Assembly (NCBI GenBank): GCA_964625645.1
Contig: CAZVDW010000614.1
Coordinates: 1-28,882 of the forward strand
From: an uncultured Rhodospirillaceae bacterium
GTDB lineage: Bacteria > Pseudomonadota > Alphaproteobacteria > UBA7887
Reading direction: 5' to 3'
DNA: 28,882 nucleotides
Shown here: in pieces, positions 19,846 through 28,621 of the stretch
Position numbering within the stretch: position 1 is the first letter of the stretch
How the letters are laid out: every line of letters starts with the position of its first letter
Made by a program: the position numbers and the translations under genes
Notes under the pieces: model-generated
Told to the model about the DNA's origin: nothing
Database searches by the model: none
What the model saw: only the letters and a program-made list of their open reading frames with translations

Positions 19846-21054
19846 TCAGACGCGCTCGATGATGGTGGCGGTGCCCATGCCGGCACCGACGCAAAGCGTG
19901 GCCAGGCCGGTTTGCTGGTCGCGGCGCTCGAGCTCGTCGAGCAGGGTGCCGAGGATCATGGCGCCGGTAGCACCCAGCGGATGGCCCATGGCGATGGCGC
20001 CGCCATTGACGTTCATCTTGTCGTGCGGCACGTCGAGCGCCTGCATGAAACGCAGCACGACGGCGGCGAAAGCCTCGTTGAGCTCGTAGAGGTCGATGTC
20101 GTCCGCGCTCATGCCGGCGCGCTTGAGCGCCTTTTCGGCCGCGGCGCTGGGGCCGGTGAGCATGATCGTCGGCTCCGAGCCGATCGAGGTGAAGGCGCGG
20201 ATGCGCGCGCGCGCCTTGAGGCCAAGCCTGTCGCCGATCTCCTTGTTGCCGACGAGCACCGCCGCGGCACCGTCGACGATGCCGGAGGAGTTGCCGGCAT
20301 GGTGGACGTGCGTAATGCGCTCGATCTCCGGATAGCGCTGGATGGCAACGCCGTCGAAGCCGAATTTCTCGCCCTGGTCGGTGAACGACGGGTCGAGCGA
20401 GGCCAGGCTCTGCATGCTGGTCTGGGGGCGCATATGTTCGTCGCGGTCGAGCACGGTGAGGCCGTTCTGGTCGGTCACCGGCACCACGCTGCCCTCGAAA
20501 TAGCCCGCATCCCAGGCCGCCTTGGCGCGCTTTTGCGACTCCACCGCATAGGCGTCCACGTCGTCGCGGCTAAAACCGTACTTGGTGGCCACCAGATCGG
20601 CCGAGACGCCCTGGGGCACGAAGTAGGTCTTGAAGGCCACCTCGGGGTCGGCCATCCAGGCGCCGCCGCCCGAGAACATGGGCACCCGCGACATGCTCTC
20701 GACGCCGCCGCCGATGGAGAGGTCGGACTGGCCGCTCATGACCTGGCCGGCGGCCATGTTGACGGCCTCGAGCCCGGAAGCGCAGAAGCGGTTGATCTGC
20801 ACGCCGGAGACACTTTCGTCGTAATCCGCATGCAGCGCCGCGACGCGGGCGATATCGGCGCCCTGCTCGCCCACCGGCTCGACCACACCGAGCACGATGT
20901 CGTCGACTTCGGCGGTGTCGAGGTCGTTGCGGTCGCGGATCCAGGTCAGGGCCTGGGCGGCGAGCCGGATCGGCGTCACCTCGTGCAGGCTGCCGTCCTT
21001 CCGGCCCTTGCCGCGCGGGGTGCGGACGGCGTCGTAGATATAAGCGTCGGTCAT
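19846..21054 (-). CDS. fadA: Acetyl-CoA C-acyltransferase (thiolase)
   Basis: MTDAYIYDAVRTPRGKG, catalytic Cys in RFCASG, NEAF, GHPLGATG, TLCVGAG. GGGGAG SD before ATG 21054. Confidence 0.93.
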   Translation of the reverse strand: MTDAYIYDAVRTPRGKGRKDGSLHEVTPIRLAAQALTWIRDRNDLDTAEVDDIVLGVVEPVGEQGADIARVAALHADYDESVSGVQINRFCASGLEAVNMAAGQVMSGQSDLSIGGGVESMSRVPMFSGGGAWMADPEVAFKTYFVPQGVSADLVATKYGFSRDDVDAYAVESQKRAKAAWDAGYFEGSVVPVTDQNGLTVLDRDEHMRPQTSMQSLASLDPSFTDQGEKFGFDGVAIQRYPEIERITHVHHAGNSSGIVDGAAAVLVGNKEIGDRLGLKARARIRAFTSIGSEPTIMLTGPSAAAEKALKRAGMSADDIDLYELNEAFAAVVLRFMQALDVPHDKMNVNGGAIAMGHPLGATGAMILGTLLDELERRDQQTGLATLCVGAGMGTATIIERV

Positions 21055-21076
21055 GTCTTGATCTCCCCTTGGAGCG

Positions 21077-22213
21077 TTACAGCGAGCGGCCGATGAGCTC
21101 GCGCATGATCTCGTTGGTGCCACCATAGATGCGCGCGATACGGGCGTCGGCCCAGGCGCGGGCGATGGGATATTCCCACATATAGCCATAGCCGCCGTGC
21201 AATTGCAGGCAGATATCAAGCACGCGGTTTTCCATCTCCGTGGTCCACAGCTTGGCCATGGCGGCGGTGGTGGCGTCGAGGCCGCCATTCATATGTTTTT
21301 CCAGGCACTGGTCGACGAAGGCGCGGCCGATGGTGACCTCGGTCTTGACGTCGGCAAGACGGAAGCGGGTGTTCTGGAAATCGGCGATGGCCTTGCCGAA
21401 GGCCTTGCGGCCCTTGACGTATTCTATCGTCCATTCGAGCCCGGCCTCGGCATGGGCGACGGCGCCAATGGCGATGATAAGGCGCTCCTGGGGCAGGTCG
21501 GACATGAGGTATTCGAAGCCCTTGCCCTCCTCGCCGAGCAGATTGGTCTTGGGCACGCGCACGTCGTCGAAGAACAGCTCGGAGGTGTCCTGCGCCTTGA
21601 GCCCGATCTTCTCCAGATTGCGCCCGCGCGAAAAACCTTCGCGGTCGCACTCGACCAGCACCAGGCTGGTGCCGTGGGCGCCCTGGGCGGGATCGGTCTT
21701 GACCACGACGATCACCACGTCGGCCTGCTGGCCGTTGGTGATGAAGGTCTTGGCGCCGTTGATGACGAGATGATTGCCGTCCTCAATGGCGGAGGTGCGC
21801 ACGCCCTGCAGGTCGCTGCCCGTGCCGGGCTCGGTCATGGCGATGGCGCCGACGGCCTCGCCGCTGACCAGCTTGGGCAGCCACTCCTGCTTCTGCTCGT
21901 CGGAGCCGTAATGGAGAATGTAGGGCGTGACGATATCCGAATGCACAGCCACGCCGGGGCCTGAGGCATTGGCTTTCGCCAGCTCCTCGAGCACCACGGC
22001 GGAATAGGAGAAATCGGCGCCGGGGCCGCCATATTCCTCGGGCACGGCACAACACAAGAGCCCGGCGGCGCCCATCTTGTTCCACAGCGCGCGGTCGACC
22101 TGGCCGGCCTTCTCCCAGTCGTCGTGATGGGGCGTGATCTCGCGCGCGATAAAGCGCTTCACAGAATCGCGAAAGGCCTCGTGCTCGGCCGTATAGACGC
22201 CGCCATCGGCCAT
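21077..22213 (-). CDS. Acyl-CoA dehydrogenase, LCAD-type
   Basis: AMTEPGTGSD, KTFITNG, LPQERL (LCAD-position catalytic Glu), QLHGGYGY, IYGGTNEI. Confidence 0.93.
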   Translation of the reverse strand: MADGGVYTAEHEAFRDSVKRFIAREITPHHDDWEKAGQVDRALWNKMGAAGLLCCAVPEEYGGPGADFSYSAVVLEELAKANASGPGVAVHSDIVTPYILHYGSDEQKQEWLPKLVSGEAVGAIAMTEPGTGSDLQGVRTSAIEDGNHLVINGAKTFITNGQQADVVIVVVKTDPAQGAHGTSLVLVECDREGFSRGRNLEKIGLKAQDTSELFFDDVRVPKTNLLGEEGKGFEYLMSDLPQERLIIAIGAVAHAEAGLEWTIEYVKGRKAFGKAIADFQNTRFRLADVKTEVTIGRAFVDQCLEKHMNGGLDATTAAMAKLWTTEMENRVLDICLQLHGGYGYMWEYPIARAWADARIARIYGGTNEIMRELIGRSL

Positions 22214-22307
22214 CGCCTCACTCCACGCTGGATGATCGGAGCCCTAACCTTGACTCATGGGCGCCGCGCGTCAAGGATTCCGCACCGCAAACGGGAGGGC
22301 AACGACG

Positions 22308-22625
22308 ATGGCGATCTACGAGCTGCGCACCTACACGCTGCAAGTCGGCAAAATGGCCGAGGCGGTGGAGATCTACCAGAGCCTCGGCTGGCCGGCCATC
22401 GAGCCCTATCAGAACAATCTGGTGGGCTATTTCACCGGCGATATCGGGGCGCTGAACCAGATCATCCACGTCTGGAAATTCGACGACGACGCCGACCGCC
22501 GCGCCTTCTGGGCCAGGCTCTACGACGACGAGGCCTTCATGACCTTCGCACGCGCCTTCCGGCCGCTGATCCAGGATCAGCAGAACAAGCTGATGCTGGC
22601 CGCACCCTGGGGGCCGCAGCCGTAG
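22308..22625 (+). CDS. NIPSNAP family protein
   Basis: MAIYELRTYTL...VGYFTGDIGALNQIIHVWKFDDDADRR is the NIPSNAP pattern. GGGAGG SD. Confidence 0.9.
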   Translation: MAIYELRTYTLQVGKMAEAVEIYQSLGWPAIEPYQNNLVGYFTGDIGALNQIIHVWKFDDDADRRAFWARLYDDEAFMTFARAFRPLIQDQQNKLMLAAPWGPQP

Positions 22626-22733
22626 AAACGCTGGCGGCGAGCCGCTTGCCGAGCCGGGCTCAAGAGCGCAAGATCGGTTATGCTGACTCACTTCCCCGAT
22701 GTTGGCGGGGAAGACCGAGAGGGGAAAACTGCC

Positions 22734-23885
22734 ATGGTTGGCGTCGAATATCTCAAGCCTACTCTCAACATCACCGCGCAGGACCTGACCGAGAAGGCGC
22801 AGAGCTTTGTCAGGAATTGCGGCGCCTGTGCGGTCGGTATCACCACGCTCGAGACCCTGGCAGGCGGGCCGCCGTCGACCGAGCTCGACTATGTGCTGGC
22901 CGGCGCCAGGTCGGCGGTGACCTTCGCCATGCCCCTGGACCAGGACAAGATCCGCAACTACCTGGCAAAGAAGGACCGCGACTCTCACCAGGTGAACTAC
23001 AACGACACCAACACCCTGGCCACCGGCGTGGCCTCGCAACTGGCCTCGTTCTTCGAGGAATGCGGCTTTCGCTCGGTCGGCGTCCAGGCCAACCAGGTCT
23101 ATCGCAACGACGGGGTCTCGGTGCCCTGGCAGTATCATCCCGACATCTCCCACCGCCTGCTGGCGGTGCGTGGCGGGGTCGGCTGGTTCGGCCTTTCGGG
23201 CAATGTGCTGACCGCGGAATACGGCGCCAACGTGAACCTCTGCACCATGGTGACGACGGCCGAGCTGGCACCGACCGAGCCCCTGCCGCCGGAGCAAAAT
23301 TTCTGCGATTGCAGCTCGATGGAATGCCTGGCCGCCTGCCCCTCGGGCTTCATGCGCGACGCCAAGCGCCAGCGCGTGACCGTGACCATGGGCGGCGAGA
23401 CGTTCAGCTACGGCGAACGCACCAGCTATGACCGCTGCATCTATGTCTGCGCCGGCTTCACCGGCCTCCATCCCTCCGGACGCTGGTCGACATGGTCGCC
23501 CGGCCGCTTTCCCATTCCGAAGCGGGACGAGGACCTGAAAGTGGCCTCGAAGAGGGCCTACCGGGCCTGGACCGAAAGGCCCTATATGGACGGCCACACC
23601 CTACAGGCGCCGCTGCTCTACGCCGCCACGGGACGGGACGTTCAGCTTTCCTGCGGCAACTGCATGCTGGTCTGCACGCCCGACAAGGCGGAACGCGCGC
23701 GCCGGCTGGAAACCCTGCGGACCAGCGGCGTCGTCATCCAGCATGAAGACGGCACCATGGAGGCGGTCTCGCCGCAACAGGCGCAGCATCATCTCGGCGG
23801 CCTGGACGACGACACCCGCGCCCTTTACGAGCCGCAAGATCCCGAGATCTACAAGGACATGGAGCTCACCAGCGACGACGAATGA
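22734..23885 (+). CDS. QueG/RdhA-superfamily Fe-S protein, probably cobalamin-binding; function unknown
   Basis: AVGIT...GPPSTELDYVLAGARSAVTFAMP; ISHRLLAVRGGVGWFGLSGN...YGANVNLCTMVT; Cys motifs CDCSSMECLAACP, RCIYVC and CGNCMLVC. GAGGGG SD. Confidence 0.75.
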   Translation: MVGVEYLKPTLNITAQDLTEKAQSFVRNCGACAVGITTLETLAGGPPSTELDYVLAGARSAVTFAMPLDQDKIRNYLAKKDRDSHQVNYNDTNTLATGVASQLASFFEECGFRSVGVQANQVYRNDGVSVPWQYHPDISHRLLAVRGGVGWFGLSGNVLTAEYGANVNLCTMVTTAELAPTEPLPPEQNFCDCSSMECLAACPSGFMRDAKRQRVTVTMGGETFSYGERTSYDRCIYVCAGFTGLHPSGRWSTWSPGRFPIPKRDEDLKVASKRAYRAWTERPYMDGHTLQAPLLYAATGRDVQLSCGNCMLVCTPDKAERARRLETLRTSGVVIQHEDGTMEAVSPQQAQHHLGGLDDDTRALYEPQDPEIYKDMELTSDDE

Positions 23886-23973
23886 AAAGGGGACAAAAAA
23901 CAAAAGGGGACAGTTTTATAAAACTGTCCCCGCCTCTTTGTCTCCGTCCCCGCCTCTTTAGTCCCCGTCTCTT
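23886..23973. repeat. GGGGACA/TGTCCCC REP-like cluster with a perfect 26-bp palindrome
   Basis: GGGGACAGTTTTATAAAACTGTCCCC at 23906-23931, an extra AAAAGGGGACA upstream, and three GTCCCCG(C/T)CTCTT copies at 23926, 23946 and 23961. Lies between convergent genes, so it may also act as a terminator. Confidence 0.8.
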
Positions 23974-23977
23974 CCGC

Positions 23978-24292
23978 TCAGATCGTCTGGGAGAGCTCGA
24001 CGATTTCCCTCGTGCGCGGCGCCTTGTCGCCCCAGCGCCGATCGAACTCGGCAATCAGCCCCTGCAAAATGTCCGAGCCCATCAGCGCTTGCGCCGCCGC
24101 CAGATCCGGAAATTCGTAAAAGGCGATGTGAACGTCCGCATCCAGGCTGCTCCAGCCCCGCTTGGCGCCGAGCGCCTGATGCGCCCGAAACGCCGCCAAG
24201 GCCTCGGGCAGATGCTCGTTCTGGTACCAGGTGTCGAAGGCATCGTGGATGCCGGGCTCGACCCGGGCGCGGACGATCAGATAAGCGGCCAT
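23978..24292 (-). CDS. Small dimeric alpha-beta barrel protein (EthD/DUF4286-like)
   Basis: AYLIVRARV...DAFDTWYQNEHLPE...HIAFYEFPDLAAAQAL pattern. Confidence 0.7.
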   Translation of the reverse strand: MAAYLIVRARVEPGIHDAFDTWYQNEHLPEALAAFRAHQALGAKRGWSSLDADVHIAFYEFPDLAAAQALMGSDILQGLIAEFDRRWGDKAPRTREIVELSQTI

Positions 24293-24424
24293 GGCGGGTT
24301 CCCGGGTTCGGGGCGGAGAGGGGCGAATAGGGTAGCCAAGGGCGGCGGGGTTGGGAATGGGGCTTGGCGGCCGCGGAGGTCGAGCGGGAATGTCGGAAGA
24401 AGGTCTGCTTTCGCCACCAACGGA

Positions 24425-24588
24425 CTAGAGCATATTTCGATCATACACGATCATTTGATGGCCCGGATCGTCGCACTGGATGCGTTGCGCCGCTTGCCCG
24501 ATGGCACCGCATCGCGCGGTGCGACGCGCCTACCCAGTGCGACGATCCGGGCCATCAAATGATCGTGTATGATCGAAATATGCTCTAG
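24425..24588. mobile_element. 164-bp MITE/RIME-like element with perfect 55-bp terminal inverted repeats
   Basis: 24425-24479 CTAGAGCATATTTCGATCATACACGATCATTTGATGGCCCGGATCGTCGCACTGG is the exact reverse complement of 24534-24588. The 54-bp spacer has an inner GCACCGC/GCGGTGC hairpin. TA lies at both ends (possible TSD). Confidence 0.75.
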
Positions 24589-24655
24589 ATGCGGACGCTG
24601 GCGGTTGGTCGCGACCTGACCCATGTCGGTCAGTCTTGTCAGAGGGAAGCGCCGC

Positions 24656-27600
24656 CTATTTCAGCTCGGTCAGCAGCGCCTCGGCGTCCTTTAGGTCTGG
24701 CAGCTCGAAGCCCTCAGTGAACCAGCTGTAGGCTGGCTCCAGAATGTCACGCGCCTCTTCGGTCCTGCCCTGGTCATGCCATACCCTCGCCATATCGCGC
24801 GCCCCACGCAGCTCAAGCAAGTGATTGTCCTGACCGCGAGCGATCTCGATCGCCGAAACGAATTGGCGCTCTGCCTCTGCGGCGTCTCCCTGGGCTGCCG
24901 CCAACAGGCCACGAGCGTGAGGCACGCCGGGCTGCCACAAATACATACCGGAGCTCTCTACGTCGGCTTCCGCGTCGTCGAGTAGGCTCTTGGTGCGATG
25001 AAAGTCGCCGACAGCCAGCGTCGCTCTCGCCACCTCTGTCAGCAATAATGGTGCCTGGCCGCTACCACCCGCCATCTCGAAAACGGCAATCGCTTCCTCG
25101 AATAAGGGCAAAGCTGCCTCTGCCTCCCCGTTGACTCTGCGTATGATTGCGCGACCAACCTGTGCCCAGGCGGAGTAAAATGGCAGGTATTGCTCCTCGC
25201 CAATGCGCAGGCATCGATCCGCGAAGTCGTCCGCCCTTGCTGCGTCACCTATGATCGCCAAGGCCAAGCCGGCCATCGAATACGCAAGAGTTAATGTGAA
25301 GGGATGGTTCGTTGCCAGCGCCCACTTGACGGCCTCTTCCGCATTGGCGCTCGCCGTTCCGAAACAACCATGGTAGGCCTCGCCAAAATTCGGAAAAGTA
25401 ACCGCGCCTACGCCGATGTCCTGCCCGTACATAGCGATAAGGTGGCCATGCTTTGCAAAATCATAAGTTTCTATGGCACGGCGCGCGATAAGGCGTCCGC
25501 GTGCCACATCGCCATGAGTTACGAGGGCGGCACCCACGTGCTGATCGGCGACCAAATGCAAAGACTCGTCGTTTGATTTGTCCGCAAGGGAAGACATTTT
25601 TTCATACGCATTTAGAGCGGCTCGAATGTTCCCCCTGACCCAGTGATAGGTTCCGATGCCGAAGAGAACAGGGAAAAGCGCGAGTGATTCGGCATTTTCA
25701 TTACACAATGCCTCTGCGCGCAGGAATGCCTCGCCGGCTTCCGGTGCCCCGTAGCCGCGCGTCGCGACGTGAACCAAGCCCTCCAGAGAGCGCAGTCGCG
25801 CTTCGAGCATGGATCGGTCGCTGTTATCGGGGATCGAGCCCATCAGGCTCAGGCCATTTTGGATATGCCGCAGCGCTTCCGCGTAGGCGGTCTGGCCAAA
25901 GGCCTTTTGCCCCGCCGCCAGCCAATAGGGGATCGCCTGATCAGGCTGAGCCGCCTCGGTGTAGTGGTGGGCAAGCAGGTCCGGCTGCTGCTCCACTCTT
26001 CCGGGGATTGCCTTCAGCGCCTCGGCGATGCGGCTGTGCAATTGCTGCCGGCGGCTCTTCAACAGACTCTCATGAGCCGCATCCTGTACGAGCGCATGCT
26101 TGAAGGTGTAGGTGATGTCGGGAGGCGAGCCGCTACGGAACACAAGTTCGCTATTCACCAGTTGCTGCAGCGCGTCCTGAAGCTCGTTGTCACGCAGATC
26201 GGCGACGGCCGCGAGCAGCGCGTAGGAAAACTCGCGGCCGATACAGGCACCGACTTGCGCGATTTCCTTCACCGGGCTGAGCCGGTCGAGGCGCGCCATC
26301 AGCGAGTCCTGCAGAGTGGAAGGGACTGCGAGGGCTCCGCGCCCGGCACTGGTGCGGTAGGTGCCCTGCTCGTCGAGCGCCACGACGCCACTTTCAATTA
26401 CCGTCCTGGTCAATTCCTCGACGAACAGCGGCACGCCGTCGGTCTTGGCAACGACCTGATCAAGAATCTCATCCGGCAGTGGCTTGCCGCCGGTGACCCG
26501 CGCCACCATCTCCGCCGACTGTCGCCGGCCGAGCCTCGACAGGTTCACTTGGGTGACGTGGCCCAGACCCTGTGGCCAAGGCGGGGTATATTCCGGGCGG
26601 AAGGTCACCAGCATCAGCACGCGCGCAGAGGCGATCTGGGGGACGATCAGGTCCAGCGTCTCCTGGGTCGTCGGGTCGATCCAGTGCGCGTCCTCGAACA
26701 GCACCAGCACCGGCCCTTCGGCGGCGGGCGCCGTCAGCTGGCCGGCGATCGCCTTGAGCGTCTCCTCCTTCTGCTTCTGCGGGCTCATGGCGAGCGGTGG
26801 ATAGCGCTCCGAGGCATCAACCTCAAGCAGCCCGGCGATGAGCGCCGGCGTATCCCCTTCGCGTCCGACCAGTGCCTCGATCCGGTCGAGCCGGGTGGTG
26901 GTGGCGTCGTCAGCGCTGATGCCGGCGGCGCGAGTGAGCTGATCGATGATCGGGTGCAGTACCGAGTTGGTGTGATAGGGCGAGCACTGGTAGCGGAGCC
27001 GAGTATGGGGCTCGGCCTCAATGCGCGATTGCAGCTCCTGCATGATGCGGCTCTTGCCGACGCCGGGCTCGCTCGAGAGCAGCACCACCTGGCCTTCCCC
27101 GTCGCAGGAGAGATGCCACTTGTCGAGCAGCAGAGTCAGCTCGGCCCCGCGGCCGACGAACGGGGTGAGATGCCCGCCGCGGGTCGCCTCGAAGCGGCTC
27201 TTGGCGGCGATAAGGCCAGCGACCCGCCACGCACGCACCGGCTCGACGATGCCCTTGAGATGATGCTCGCCCATGTCAGTGAGAGCAAAGGCGCCGCCGA
27301 TCAGCCGCCGGGTCGCTGGCGCGATGACGATCTCGTCGGGCCCGGCCAGGCCCTGGACTCGGGCGGCGAGGTTCGGCGTTTCGCCGACCGCGAGCTTCGG
27401 CACGCTCGCATCGCCCGCGCCGGTCTCGCCCACCACCACCGGCCCTGAGGCGATGCCGATGCGCACCTTAAGCGGCTCGGCCACGCCTCGCACTAACTTC
27501 ACCGTTTCGGTAATCTCGAGACCAGCACGCACGGCCCGCTCGGCATCGTCCTCATGCGCCGTCGGCCAGCCGAAATAGGTCATCAACCCGTCGCCGAGAT

Positions 27601-27988
27601 ATTGCGCGACATGGCCTTCATAGCGCTCGATCACTTGGCCAGCCGCCTGCTGATAGGCCTGCATCAGGCTCCGCAGGTCCTCGGGGTCCAGCGCCTCGGA
27701 AAGCGCGGTCGAGCCCACGAGATCGCAAAACATTACAGTGATCTGGCGACGTTCAGCTGCCGGTGGCTTGACGAGCCCATGATCGTGGGCCTCAACGGGG
27801 CCGGCATCGCCCAACTCCGCAACTGCGCGCAACACTCGCACGCGGTGGCCCATGACTGATACTCCAAGTTTCTCAAGGGCCGTATCGTCCAGGTCACGGA
27901 CTAGGTCGAGGTCGATCTCGTTTTCCTCGAATGCCTCAGCGTATTGCTCCAGATCGAGCCCGTTCAGCCACTCGCGAATGTTCGACAT
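24656..27988 (-). CDS. SAM + class III nucleotide cyclase + AAA/STAND ATPase + TPR protein (copy 2)
   Basis: Same architecture as 12682-15933: FCDLVGST, YLGDG, GETPNLAARVQ, SEPGVGKS, FEDAHWID, and a C-terminal ARDILEPAYSWFTEGFELPDLKDAEALL motif. GGGAGGG SD. Confidence 0.92.
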   Translation of the reverse strand: MSNIREWLNGLDLEQYAEAFEENEIDLDLVRDLDDTALEKLGVSVMGHRVRVLRAVAELGDAGPVEAHDHGLVKPPAAERRQITVMFCDLVGSTALSEALDPEDLRSLMQAYQQAAGQVIERYEGHVAQYLGDGLMTYFGWPTAHEDDAERAVRAGLEITETVKLVRGVAEPLKVRIGIASGPVVVGETGAGDASVPKLAVGETPNLAARVQGLAGPDEIVIAPATRRLIGGAFALTDMGEHHLKGIVEPVRAWRVAGLIAAKSRFEATRGGHLTPFVGRGAELTLLLDKWHLSCDGEGQVVLLSSEPGVGKSRIMQELQSRIEAEPHTRLRYQCSPYHTNSVLHPIIDQLTRAAGISADDATTTRLDRIEALVGREGDTPALIAGLLEVDASERYPPLAMSPQKQKEETLKAIAGQLTAPAAEGPVLVLFEDAHWIDPTTQETLDLIVPQIASARVLMLVTFRPEYTPPWPQGLGHVTQVNLSRLGRRQSAEMVARVTGGKPLPDEILDQVVAKTDGVPLFVEELTRTVIESGVVALDEQGTYRTSAGRGALAVPSTLQDSLMARLDRLSPVKEIAQVGACIGREFSYALLAAVADLRDNELQDALQQLVNSELVFRSGSPPDITYTFKHALVQDAAHESLLKSRRQQLHSRIAEALKAIPGRVEQQPDLLAHHYTEAAQPDQAIPYWLAAGQKAFGQTAYAEALRHIQNGLSLMGSIPDNSDRSMLEARLRSLEGLVHVATRGYGAPEAGEAFLRAEALCNENAESLALFPVLFGIGTYHWVRGNIRAALNAYEKMSSLADKSNDESLHLVADQHVGAALVTHGDVARGRLIARRAIETYDFAKHGHLIAMYGQDIGVGAVTFPNFGEAYHGCFGTASANAEEAVKWALATNHPFTLTLAYSMAGLALAIIGDAARADDFADRCLRIGEEQYLPFYSAWAQVGRAIIRRVNGEAEAALPLFEEAIAVFEMAGGSGQAPLLLTEVARATLAVGDFHRTKSLLDDAEADVESSGMYLWQPGVPHARGLLAAAQGDAAEAERQFVSAIEIARGQDNHLLELRGARDMARVWHDQGRTEEARDILEPAYSWFTEGFELPDLKDAEALLTELK

Positions 27989-28060
27989 GGTGTCCCTCCC
28001 GCGTGCATATTACACGCAGGCAATTCGCTTTGCAGCAGGCTACGAGAAGGTCTGAAAGTG

Positions 28061-28301
28061 TGGAGTTCCGAGTGTGGAGTTCCGGGAGTTCCGGGGGGAG
28101 TTCCGGGGAGTTCCGGGGACATGATACTTAATTGGGAGTTCCGGGGACATGATACTTAATTGCCGCGCTGAGATCAGCGAGATACCGTTGGAGTTCCGGG
28201 GACATGATACTTCCGGAGTTCCGGGGACATGATACTTAATTGCGCGCTGAGATCAGCGAGATAAGTTTCATGTCCCCATAATTGTATGTCCCCATAATTG
28301 T
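28061..28301. repeat. Stuttered GAGTTCCGGGGACATGATACTTAATT repeat cluster (REP-like)
   Basis: Eight GAGTTCCG copies. Full 26-mers at 28108, 28136 and 28216 and a 22-mer at 28191. The CGCTGAGATCAGCG mini-hairpin occurs twice, followed by two inverted ATGTCCCCATAATTGT copies from 28270. Confidence 0.85.
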
Positions 28302-28323
28302 GCGATCTTCCGCTACGCGGAAA

Positions 28324-28397
28324 CCAAGTCTCTCTCCCCTCTCTCCCGCATGCCTTCCTGGTGTCTTGATGCGGGAGCGAGAGAGCGGGAGGCTTGG
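28324..28397. other. Imperfect long stem-loop
   Basis: CTCCCGCAT (28343-28351) / ATGCGGGAG (28369-28377) core, extended imperfectly to CCAAG...CTTGG. Confidence 0.4.
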
Positions 28398-28621
28398 CAA
28401 GCGCGCAGCGCTTAACGAAACACTGTAGCCCCCGATATCTTGGTGGCACGCGGAGCCGCAGAGGGTTTGTGCTTTGCTGCGCGGGCGCTGGCTGTGGGCC
28501 GCTGACCGAAAGCGTGAGTCTCGGCCCCTCCACCCTCCACCCCCACTTTCGCATCGACAGCGCCGCCCCCTCTGGCTTAAGACTCTTGCCAGCGCGCAAT
28601 CGCAGGAATGGGGTCTGAGAC

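Noticed and set aside
22734-23885. Bona fide epoxyqueuosine reductase queG
   Set aside because: It lacks the recalled QueG DYH motif and has atypical Cys spacing, so it is kept only as a superfamily member.
14218-27448. Other long antisense ORFs (14218-15990, 17379-19253, 19843-21096, 22218-23597, 25769-27448)
   Set aside because: Each overlaps a motif-supported gene on the opposite strand.
28061-28301. CRISPR array
   Set aside because: Repeats are adjacent, truncated or separated by identical sequence. There are no unique constant-length spacers and no cas genes in the window.
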